Below, piece after piece: positions 11,089 to 18,659 of a DNA stretch of 64,000 bases. Below the pieces are notes generated by a model. The model did not search any database. It was not told the origin of the DNA and saw only the letters and a list, made by a program, of their open reading frames with translations. The translations under genes and the position numbers were made by a program. This stretch comes from Roseateles sp. (GTDB lineage: Bacteria; Pseudomonadota; Gammaproteobacteria; Burkholderiales; Burkholderiaceae_C). The stretch is from NCBI RefSeq assembly GCF_049240545.1, contig NZ_JBMLSK010000371.1, forward strand, positions 21,608-85,607, written 5' to 3'. Numbering within the stretch: the stretch's first letter is position 1; every line of letters starts with the position of its first letter.

Positions 11089-11814
11089 ATGAGTACGCCC
11101 CAACGCTCCCAAGCCCTCGCCCTGCTGCCCGACAAAGGCCTGCCCGATCTGCTCTTTTTGCTGCTGCACGGCGCCGGCGCCGATGCCTCGCAAATGCGCC
11201 CGCTGGCCCAGGCCTTGCGCGCTCAGTACCCGCAGGCGGCGGTGGTGTCTATCAACGGGCCTGAGGCTTTCGAGCCGCCCTCGTCCGAAGCGCATGCTGA
11301 TGGTGGCCGGCAGTGGTATTCGCTGCAAGGCGCCAATGACGACAACCACCCCGAGCGCGTCGGCGCCGCCCTGCCCGGCTTTATTGCCACGGTGAGAGCC
11401 TGGGCCGAGCAGTTCGACATGGCCTGGGAACGCGTCGCTCTGGCGGGCTTCTCGCAGGGCGCCGTGCTGGCCCTGGAAGCCGTGCAAGCCGAGGCGCAAC
11501 TGGCCGGTCGGGTGCTGGCCTTCTCGGGTGCCTACGCCACGCCGCCGACGCATGCGCCACATGAAGTCAGCCTGCACTTTTTGCACGGCCAACGTGACCC
11601 GGTGCTGCCCTATCAGGACCAGGTCCATGCGGCACGCCGATTGGTGCAGTTAGGCGCCGACATCACCGCCGATGTGCTGCCCGATCTGGGCCATGAATTG
11701 CACCCCGAGTTGATCGAGCGCGCCATGCAGCAGTTGCGAACCTTTGTGCCGGCACGGCTCTGGCGCGAAGCCCAACTGGCTGCAGCCGAACAAGACAAGC
11801 AAGCTCCGCATTGA
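11089..11814 (+). CDS. Phospholipase/carboxylesterase (YpfH-like alpha/beta hydrolase)
   Basis: LLHGAG, GFSQG nucleophile elbow, HGQRDPV, GHEL catalytic triad motifs. Confidence 0.9.
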   Translation: MSTPQRSQALALLPDKGLPDLLFLLLHGAGADASQMRPLAQALRAQYPQAAVVSINGPEAFEPPSSEAHADGGRQWYSLQGANDDNHPERVGAALPGFIATVRAWAEQFDMAWERVALAGFSQGAVLALEAVQAEAQLAGRVLAFSGAYATPPTHAPHEVSLHFLHGQRDPVLPYQDQVHAARRLVQLGADITADVLPDLGHELHPELIERAMQQLRTFVPARLWREAQLAAAEQDKQAPH

Positions 11815-11840
11815 GCTGCCGTTATGGCAAACTCCGGGCA

Positions 11841-11997
11841 CAGCGCCAACCGGGGCGCTGCTGGATCCGCAGACAGGGCTGAGCCCACCCGGGCGGGCGC
11901 GAGTTGAAGACCGCGTCCGAACCATCACTTGCTTGATTGACGCCTTTGTGCGGCCTGATTGCGCGGATCGCAGGCTTACCACGCATGGAGGTTTCCC
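11841..11997 (+). promoter_or_regulatory. Candidate structured RNA leader upstream of the ankyrin gene
   Basis: Several perfect stems: CAGCGCC/GGCGCTG (11841-11860); long-range GATCCGC (11864-70)/GCGGATC (11963-69); GGGC-tga-GCCC; CGGGCGCG/CGCGTCCG; ATCA/TGAT. SD GGAGGT at 11987-92. Confidence 0.5.
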
Positions 11998-13632
11998 TTG
12001 AAGACAAGCCACGACGGGGCCGTGCCCCAACTGCCTGCCAAAGCCAATCTGCAGCAACTCAAACGCCAAGCGCGTGAACTGCTGCGCGCCTGGCAAGCCG
12101 CCGACCCAGCCAGCCTGGCACGCGCCGCCCCTTATCAACGGGCCCACGCCCCCGAGCCACCCAAGCTGAGCCTGGCTCAGCTGGTGATTGCGCGTGAGCT
12201 GGGCTTCCCGAGCTGGCCGGCGCTGCAAGCGGCGGTGTCGACCCAAGAACAAGCGCGCCAGCTGGACAGCGCGGCCCTGGTGCAACGCGTCTTGGCGCTG
12301 AGCCTGGGTCGCGGCTGGGACAGCCCCCAGCCTGAACGCGCCCTGGCCCTGCTGCAGCAAATGCAAGGCGCTTGCCCCCGTGAGTTGCGCCCCGCCCTGG
12401 CCCTGCTGCGCGGCGAATTGGACGCGCTCGAGAGCCCGCCCACGGCCGGGCAGCGTCTGCCGCCCTTCGATGCACCGGCCTTGGCCTATGTCTGCTTCTC
12501 CGGCCTGCACCGGCTGGGCGAGCCCTGGGCCAGCGGCCTGTTGCGCAGCGCCCAGACCCTGCATTCACCGCTGAGCCCGGCCGCCCTGAATGCACTGCGC
12601 ATGCCCGACCCCGATCTGCCCGCTGAAGCCGATTCATCCGATTCAGCCGAAGTGCCCAGTCTGCCGCTGCTGTACGGCGCCATCGCCCGAGCACAAAGCC
12701 CGGCGCTCGCCGCCGCCCTGCTGGCTGCCGGCGCCGAGCCCAACGATGGCGAGTCGCTGTATCACGCTTGCGAAGACCCCGACCGGGCTCGCGCGGCACT
12801 GCAAATCCGCCAACTGATCGCCCATGGCGCGCGCTTGCAGGGCACAAACGCGCTCTTGCGCTTGCTCGACTTTGAGGACCTTGCCGGCCTTGAGTTGGCG
12901 CTGAGCCTGGGGGCCGATGTCAATGAAGCTGGCCCGCAAGGCGGCCATGCCTTGCACCATGCGCTGCGCCGGGGCCGCTCCAGCGCCTGCCTGAAGCTGC
13001 TGATCGCGCAGGGTGCCGATCTTTCGGCACGCGACGCCGAGGGCCGCACGCCGGCCACTTTGGCGGCGCTGCTCGGTGAGCTTGAAGCGCTCAAGTTGTT
13101 CGCGGCACAGGGCGCCCAGCCTGAATTGCCATCCACGCGAGAACGCTTCTTGGCGGCCTGCGCGGCCGCCGATGAACACAGTGCCCGGGCCCTGCTGCAA
13201 GCGCAGCCCGATCTGCTGATTCTGCTCGGCCCACAAGAGCTGCGCCTGCTGCCCGACCAGGCGCAACGCCGCGCACGAGCCTCCGTGGCCTTGATGCTGT
13301 CGCTGGGCTGGCCGATTGCGGTGACAGGCGACTGGGACGCCAGCGCCCTCAACCAAGCGGCCTTCAACGGCGACGCCGGCCTGGTGCAACTGCTGCTGGA
13401 GCACGGCGCCCGCTGGCAAGAGATCAACGGCTTTGGCGGCGATGTGATGGGCAGCTTGCAGCATGCCGCCGTGCATCTGCCGCAGCCCGGCGGCGACTAT
13501 CTGGGCACGCTGCAAGCCTTGTTGGCGGCCGGTGCGCCCTGGCCGACAGAGGATGAGCGGGAGGAATTGCCACCCGTCCTGCAAGCCTGGCTGGATGATT
13601 CGGAGCCGCTGTCGCCAGCGCCCCAAGGCTAG
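11998..13632 (+). CDS. Ankyrin-repeat protein with small N-terminal helical domain
   Basis: N-terminal LPAKANLQQLKRQARELL...AQLVIARELGFPSWPAL; ankyrin repeats (GESLYHA, GGHALHHA..LLIAQGADLSARDAEGRTP, SALNQAAFNGDAGLVQLLLEHGA). TTG start at 11998 sits 5 nt after GGAGGT. Confidence 0.88.
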   Translation: MKTSHDGAVPQLPAKANLQQLKRQARELLRAWQAADPASLARAAPYQRAHAPEPPKLSLAQLVIARELGFPSWPALQAAVSTQEQARQLDSAALVQRVLALSLGRGWDSPQPERALALLQQMQGACPRELRPALALLRGELDALESPPTAGQRLPPFDAPALAYVCFSGLHRLGEPWASGLLRSAQTLHSPLSPAALNALRMPDPDLPAEADSSDSAEVPSLPLLYGAIARAQSPALAAALLAAGAEPNDGESLYHACEDPDRARAALQIRQLIAHGARLQGTNALLRLLDFEDLAGLELALSLGADVNEAGPQGGHALHHALRRGRSSACLKLLIAQGADLSARDAEGRTPATLAALLGELEALKLFAAQGAQPELPSTRERFLAACAAADEHSARALLQAQPDLLILLGPQELRLLPDQAQRRARASVALMLSLGWPIAVTGDWDASALNQAAFNGDAGLVQLLLEHGARWQEINGFGGDVMGSLQHAAVHLPQPGGDYLGTLQALLAAGAPWPTEDEREELPPVLQAWLDDSEPLSPAPQG

Positions 13633-13642
13633 GCCTAAGGCT

Positions 13643-16045
13643 TCAAACCTCCAGGAGCTTGCTGCGCTGGGCCTGATTGGCTTGATCGATGCGGGCCAGC
13701 ACCGCCTTGAAACGGGGCAGTTCCCGCAAGCTTTGCAGCGCCGGGTCCTGCGCCAGCCACCAGCCTCGCCGCCAGCCCAGGCGAACCGCGTCCTCCAAGG
13801 CCGCCAGCGCCGCCTCGGGCTGGCCGCGCATCGCAGCAATGCGGGCGCGGTGATAGCCGATGGCGTGCCAGACATTGCCTTGCTTGGCATAACGCTCGAT
13901 GAAGCTGGAGGCCTGCTCAAGGAAGGGCTCGGCTTGCTCGCGGCGCTCGGTGGCGCAGTAAATGGCGGCCACATCGAGCCAGGCATGCTGGCCCAGAAAG
14001 GTGCTCCAGTCGTCGTACAAGGGCACGGGGTCGGCCAGAACCAGCCCAATCACAGAGCTCAAGGTCTTGTAGGCCTGCTCGGGCTGACCCAGCAAGAGGC
14101 GCAGCAAGGCAGTCTCGATGACCGCATCGCGCTCCTTGCTCTGCACCGGCAAGGCATCGACCGCCTTGCTCAGGGCCGGCCGGTCTTGCGCGCAGACCCA
14201 CAGCCGCGCCGCTGAGACCTGCGCCCAGACCGGCTGCGGGCTTTGCGCCTGGAACTGGGCGAAGGCCTGCCGGGCTTCTTCAATCATTCCCAGATCTAGG
14301 TAGATCCAGGCCAGTTGATCCCAAAAGTAGGCGTCTTTCGGTTTGATCATGAGGGCTTGGCGATAGCCCTGCACCGCTTCATCGAGCCGCCCCCTGGCAA
14401 AGCCAATGATGCCGAAACCCCGAGTGCCGTTGGCATGCTTGGGCGCCAGGCTGAGCGCGCGCCGGTAGGCCTGCTCGGCGAGTTCGTAGCGGCCTGCGTT
14501 GGTGGCGGCCCAGCCCGTTAAGTGCTGGATCTGCGGCGATAGGGGGCTCAGCTCAGCCGCTCGGCTGTAGTAGCCGAGCGCCCGGGCCGGCCAGCCGGCG
14601 CTGTTCTCGGTGCCCCCAGCCCAGAACAGCAGGGTGGCATCGTGCGGCGCCTTGGCCAATGAACGCTCATGCCAAACCCTGGCCTCGTCATGCTGGCCGC
14701 GATGGGACAGCAGACTGCCCTGCGCGCCCAGGGCCAGCGGCAGCTGCGGGTCCAATTGCAAGGCCCGGTCGACCAAGGGCTGGGCACGTGCATCCATGGC
14801 ACGAAAGCTCAGCCCGTTACCGTAGAAATATTCGCCAATCCAGGTCACGGCCTGGCCCACATAGGCCAAGGCGAAGCCGGGATCGGCGTCGATGGCGCGT
14901 TGGAAGTAGGCGCGCGCCTTCAAAATGCCCTCGATCTGAGCGTCGCGCTGATAGTGCAGACCCAGCAGGTAAAACTCATAGGCGTCGGCCAGGGGCACGG
15001 GTGTCGTGTTGGCCGGCAGCGGCGCCACGCCCAGGGCCTGCAAGGCGGCGTTGGCGGCGCTGACAGCCAGGCTGCCCAACGCAGCGGCAGGAGACTCCAG
15101 CACCTGCTGCCAGAGCACTTCGCTGTCCACCGCACGGTGCAGGCTGAGCTTGAGCTGCAGGCCCTGCTGCCAGCGCCGCAGCTCCCCCCAGAGCACATGG
15201 GTCACGGCCAACTGCTTGGCCTGCGGCGCCAGAGCCTGGGCAGTGCGGAATTTGAAAGAAGTGGCGCGGGCCGCCACCCGGATCTGCTGATGGCCGGACA
15301 GCGCGCCGATCACGCTTTCGGCCAGGCCGTCGGCCAACGGCTGCTCCAGCGCCTTGGGCGAGGTGTCATCAAAGGGCAGCACGGCCAGGGTGATATCACC
15401 CGCCGGCATGCGCGCAGCGCGCTGCCAGAGCCACCAGCCGCCCGAGCCCAACATGGCCGCTGCACCGGCTGCCGAACCGCCAAGCAGCAGGCGACGGCGG
15501 CGCGGCGTCGGCGAGGCCGCCAGCGCCAGCGGTGCAACATCGAGCCGCGGAGGCTCCGGTGCCGGCTCCGGGGCAGGCTCGGCCTGCTGTGGCGCTGATG
15601 CCGCGACAGACAAGACTTGGGTTGATGTGGCGGCGGGTGTTGCGGCGGGTGTTGCGACTCGCATGACCTCGGCCTCGGCCGACACCTCGCTGACCGCGGC
15701 CACCAGACGATAGCCCTTGCGCGGCACGGTGACGATGTAGCGCGGCTGGCTGGCCTCATCACCGAGCACGCTGCGCAGCTGCGAGATCGATTGGTACACC
15801 GAACTTGGGGTTACTACCAAGTCCGCCCAGACCTCGTCGAGCAGCTGATCCAGGGTCACCAGCTGTTGCGGCCGGCGCGCCAGTGCCATCAGCAAGCGCA
15901 TCTTGCGCGGTTCCAGCTTGACCACTTGCTCGCCCCGGCGCAGCTCGTCCAACACCGGATCGGCCTGCCATTCGCCGATCTGCACGGTCCGCGCGGCCAG
16001 GGGATCGGCGTCTGCGCCCGGCTTCAGTGACTCGCCCCCGTTCAT
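13643..16045 (-). CDS. CadC/ToxR-like membrane-anchored regulator: OmpR-type wHTH, TM, TolB-like domain, TPR repeats
   Basis: KLEPRKMRLLMALA..VTLDQLLDEVW..SVYQSISQLRSVLGD...YIVTVPRKGYRL; Pro/Ala linker; TM ending GGWWLW; LAVLPF...ADGLAESVIGALS; many TPRs. Start ATG 16045 preferred. Confidence 0.9.
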   Translation of the reverse strand: MNGGESLKPGADADPLAARTVQIGEWQADPVLDELRRGEQVVKLEPRKMRLLMALARRPQQLVTLDQLLDEVWADLVVTPSSVYQSISQLRSVLGDEASQPRYIVTVPRKGYRLVAAVSEVSAEAEVMRVATPAATPAATSTQVLSVAASAPQQAEPAPEPAPEPPRLDVAPLALAASPTPRRRRLLLGGSAAGAAAMLGSGGWWLWQRAARMPAGDITLAVLPFDDTSPKALEQPLADGLAESVIGALSGHQQIRVAARATSFKFRTAQALAPQAKQLAVTHVLWGELRRWQQGLQLKLSLHRAVDSEVLWQQVLESPAAALGSLAVSAANAALQALGVAPLPANTTPVPLADAYEFYLLGLHYQRDAQIEGILKARAYFQRAIDADPGFALAYVGQAVTWIGEYFYGNGLSFRAMDARAQPLVDRALQLDPQLPLALGAQGSLLSHRGQHDEARVWHERSLAKAPHDATLLFWAGGTENSAGWPARALGYYSRAAELSPLSPQIQHLTGWAATNAGRYELAEQAYRRALSLAPKHANGTRGFGIIGFARGRLDEAVQGYRQALMIKPKDAYFWDQLAWIYLDLGMIEEARQAFAQFQAQSPQPVWAQVSAARLWVCAQDRPALSKAVDALPVQSKERDAVIETALLRLLLGQPEQAYKTLSSVIGLVLADPVPLYDDWSTFLGQHAWLDVAAIYCATERREQAEPFLEQASSFIERYAKQGNVWHAIGYHRARIAAMRGQPEAALAALEDAVRLGWRRGWWLAQDPALQSLRELPRFKAVLARIDQANQAQRSKLLEV

Positions 16046-16175
16046 GAGAAATTCCCGTAAACCATTGATTTCATTGAAAAACAAAACCTTGAGAGAAGCG
16101 TAAGAGTTCCATCAGGACTCGCCGGGCGTGGCCGCCGACCATGGCACCACATTGACATCACGCCAGGGAGCCCCG

Positions 16176-17072
16176 ATGCGCAGCAAGCAGACTCAAACAC
16201 CGTTTCAGAGCCACATGCTGGACCCAGCCGGCACGCCGGATGATTGTGCGGGAGCCCGGCTCGCAGCCCGGGGGGATTGCCCCCCTAACTTGAAGTCTCA
16301 TGGCTTCAGCCCGTCTCAACCTGGGTCCGTCGCTGAGTTGCTTTGGCGTCGGTGGCCCAGCACCACCACGGCGCGTCAACCCTGGCGCGTGGCGGCCGTG
16401 GAGAAGCCCAAGCTGAGCCGTCTCGCCTTGCTGGCCGCCCTGTGCACGGCGGCCAACGCCCAGGCCGCGAATGTGACTTTCAACAGCGAGACCAGCTTCC
16501 TGGCAGCAGTAGGCGCGGTCAATGCTGAGACCTTCAACGCCTTCAGCACGGACACTAACAACGACCTGTTTGGCGTACCCAAAGCGCTCACTCTGAGCGG
16601 CTTCACGCTGAAGGGTGCCTGGAACGTGGATGCCCCAGACCCCGGCACAGACCCGCTGCGGACCATCGACGGCAGCACCCATGTGCTCATCGACTTGGCC
16701 TGGGGCGGCGGGACCGACCTGCGATTTGACGCACCCACCAAGGCCTTCGGCGCTTGGTTCCGCGGCGCGCCCACAGCCATCAAGGTGGATGGCGACAGCC
16801 TGGACGGCTTTGGCTCCTACCGCCACGTCGCTGAACTGCGCCCCGAGTTCGCCGCCCAAAGCGCACTGCAATTCATCGGCTTCACGTCGGACCAGACCTT
16901 CAACCGCCTCATCTTCCTTGGGAATGGCTGCTGCCGTTGGAACTTCGCCATCGACAACCTCAGCTACGCCGCCACGCTGGCACCCGTGCCCGAGCCCGAG
17001 AGCTGGGCGCTGATGGCGGCGGGCTTGTTGGGCTTGGGAGCCCGGGCATGGCGCAAAGCAGCGCAGGTCTGA
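16176..17072 (+). CDS. PEP-CTERM sorting-domain protein (beta-sandwich cargo); start uncertain (16176 ATG or 16398 GTG)
   Basis: Signal h-region LSRLALLAALCTAANAQA; tail VPEPESWALMAAGLLGLGARAWRK; SD GGGAG before ATG 16176. Confidence 0.85.
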   Translation: MRSKQTQTPFQSHMLDPAGTPDDCAGARLAARGDCPPNLKSHGFSPSQPGSVAELLWRRWPSTTTARQPWRVAAVEKPKLSRLALLAALCTAANAQAANVTFNSETSFLAAVGAVNAETFNAFSTDTNNDLFGVPKALTLSGFTLKGAWNVDAPDPGTDPLRTIDGSTHVLIDLAWGGGTDLRFDAPTKAFGAWFRGAPTAIKVDGDSLDGFGSYRHVAELRPEFAAQSALQFIGFTSDQTFNRLIFLGNGCCRWNFAIDNLSYAATLAPVPEPESWALMAAGLLGLGARAWRKAAQV

Positions 17073-18552
17073 GGTCTGGGGCTGCGACGCCCGTCCACGC
17101 CCTCATCCGCTGACCCACACGCCTTTTCCTTTTTCTCTCTCTCACTCTTTCACTCAAGGAGTCCCTCATGTCCCTCACCACCCTGATTGCCCGCGCATCC
17201 AGCGCCTTGCTGCTGCTGGCGCTGGCATGGCCTGCCCAGGCCAACAAATTCTTCGTTCAGTTCGACGACATCAAGGGCAGTTCAACCGACCAGGAGCATC
17301 GTTCCTGGACCGAGATCGCATCCTTCGCCTGGGGCCTGAGCAGCGACGGCGCCAGCAAGACAACAGCGATGGACTTCAGCTGGGAACAACTGATGGACAG
17401 CTCCACCGTGCCCCTGCTGCTGGCCGGCGCCAGAAAGCAAGTGCTCAATCCGGTGACCTTCGAGGTCGAGAACAACGCCGGTCAGCAGTTCTTCCAGATG
17501 ATCTTCAGCAATGCCATCGTGAACGGCATGACGGTGGACAGCAACGGCAATGACATCAATGCCGCAGGCAGCTTCAACTTCAGCAAGGTCGTCCTGAACT
17601 ACCGCCCGATTGAAGCCGACGGCAAGCCGGGCAAGGTACTCACCGCCTCGCTGAATTTCAGCACCAATGTGTTCACCGGCGACGCCCTGGCCTTCAACGG
17701 CCTCTTCTTGGCCGGCGGCCAAGTGAGCATCGATGGCGGACTGCCGATCACGAACCCTGTGCCGGAACCCGCAAGCTGGGCGCTGATGGCTGCGGGCCTG
17801 CTGGGCCTGGGCTGGTGGACTCGGCGACGGGCGGGTTGCATCGCAGCTCATGCAGGGCTGTGTGTGAACGCGGCCCGGCCCTTGACAACGAACACCTCTC
17901 AGGAAGCCCGATGAACTCCAACAAACTTCGACATACCGCTCTCGCATTCGCCCTGGCGCTGGCCCTGGCACCCGCCCACGCCGTGGCGACCATCGATGTA
18001 CCCGAGGCGGCCATCGAGTCCATCTTCGCCAATACAGGCCTGTCCATTGACCTGCGTCTTTCGGCGGGCCGCAGCCTGGTGAATGCCAGTTTGCTAGACC
18101 TGAATCGCAACGAGTTCTTCTCGCTGCGTTCGACGCTGGGCTTGGCCGCTGCCAATCCCAGCGTGGCCCTGGTGTTCGTGGACACCCTGAACTTCACTGA
18201 TTTCAGCGCCAACCAGGATGCTGTTGCCGGGGTCGGCTTGGGCGCGACGGCCATCGAAGCCGCGGCCATGGCGAGGCTGTTTGGCGCACACGTCACCGCG
18301 CAGAGCCTGGGCTACAACATGGGTCTGACCACGGTGGCGGGTTCGAACGGCAACCTAATGAACCCGACCTACCTGGACATCGCCAACAACCCGGCGGGCC
18401 TCACCCAGGTGCAAATCCAGAAGATCCTGCTCAGCCCACTGCTGCAGACCGATACGAACGGCCAGCGCTTCATCGACATTCTGCCGGTCTATGTGACGGC
18501 CACGGCTGCGGTGCCCGAGCCCGAGAGCTGGGCGCTGATGGCTGCGGGCCTG
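16986..18552 (+). repeat. Near-identical DNA copies of the PEP-CTERM tail in three adjacent genes
   Basis: 32-nt identity GTGCCCGAGCCCGAGAGCTGGGCGCTGATGGC at 16986-17017 and 18511-18542; 27-nt identity AGCTGGGCGCTGATGGCTGCGGGCCTG at 17774-17800 and 18526-18552. Confidence 0.9.
17168..17914 (+). CDS. Hcp (T6SS tube protein)-like domain with Sec signal peptide and PEP-CTERM anchor
   Basis: FVQFDDIKGSSTDQEHRSWTEIASFAWGL, DFSWEQLMDSSTVPLL, FNFSKVVLNYRPIEADGK parallel Hcp1 motifs; N-terminal LLLLALAWPAQA; tail VPEPASWALMAAGLLGLGWWTRRR; SD AAGGAG. Confidence 0.8.
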   Translation: MSLTTLIARASSALLLLALAWPAQANKFFVQFDDIKGSSTDQEHRSWTEIASFAWGLSSDGASKTTAMDFSWEQLMDSSTVPLLLAGARKQVLNPVTFEVENNAGQQFFQMIFSNAIVNGMTVDSNGNDINAAGSFNFSKVVLNYRPIEADGKPGKVLTASLNFSTNVFTGDALAFNGLFLAGGQVSIDGGLPITNPVPEPASWALMAAGLLGLGWWTRRRAGCIAAHAGLCVNAARPLTTNTSQEAR

Positions 18553-18609
18553 ATAGGTCTGGGTGCGCTGCAGCGCCGTCGCCTTCGCAACTCACAGGCC
18601 GGCGCCTAA
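17911..18609 (+). CDS. PEP-CTERM protein with degenerate metzincin-like domain
   Basis: ATGA overlap with the previous stop; signal ALAFALALALAPAHA; AQSLGYNMGLTT...NLMNP; tail VPEPESWALMAAGLIGLGALQRRR. Confidence 0.82.
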   Translation: MNSNKLRHTALAFALALALAPAHAVATIDVPEAAIESIFANTGLSIDLRLSAGRSLVNASLLDLNRNEFFSLRSTLGLAAANPSVALVFVDTLNFTDFSANQDAVAGVGLGATAIEAAAMARLFGAHVTAQSLGYNMGLTTVAGSNGNLMNPTYLDIANNPAGLTQVQIQKILLSPLLQTDTNGQRFIDILPVYVTATAAVPEPESWALMAAGLIGLGALQRRRLRNSQAGA

Positions 18610-18659
18610 ACACAGCAGTCCATTCACCGCCCACGCTTTCAATGCAACAGGAATAGCCC

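Noticed and set aside
11744-12001. 85-aa ORF spanning the ankyrin leader and ending on the TTG start (possible leader peptide)
   Set aside because: It starts inside the esterase gene with no SD and has no tell-tale codon run; the stems explain the region better. Not fully excluded without Ribo-seq.
16141-16158. TGGCACCACATTGAC as a sigma54 promoter for the PEP-CTERM cassette
   Set aside because: The -12 element is TTGA, not TTGC, and is one base out of register; sigma54 spacing is strict.
16986-18552. Repeated ~30-nt sequence as a possible CRISPR array
   Set aside because: The copies are in-frame coding for the PEP-CTERM tail, are ~750 nt apart and have no cas genes nearby.
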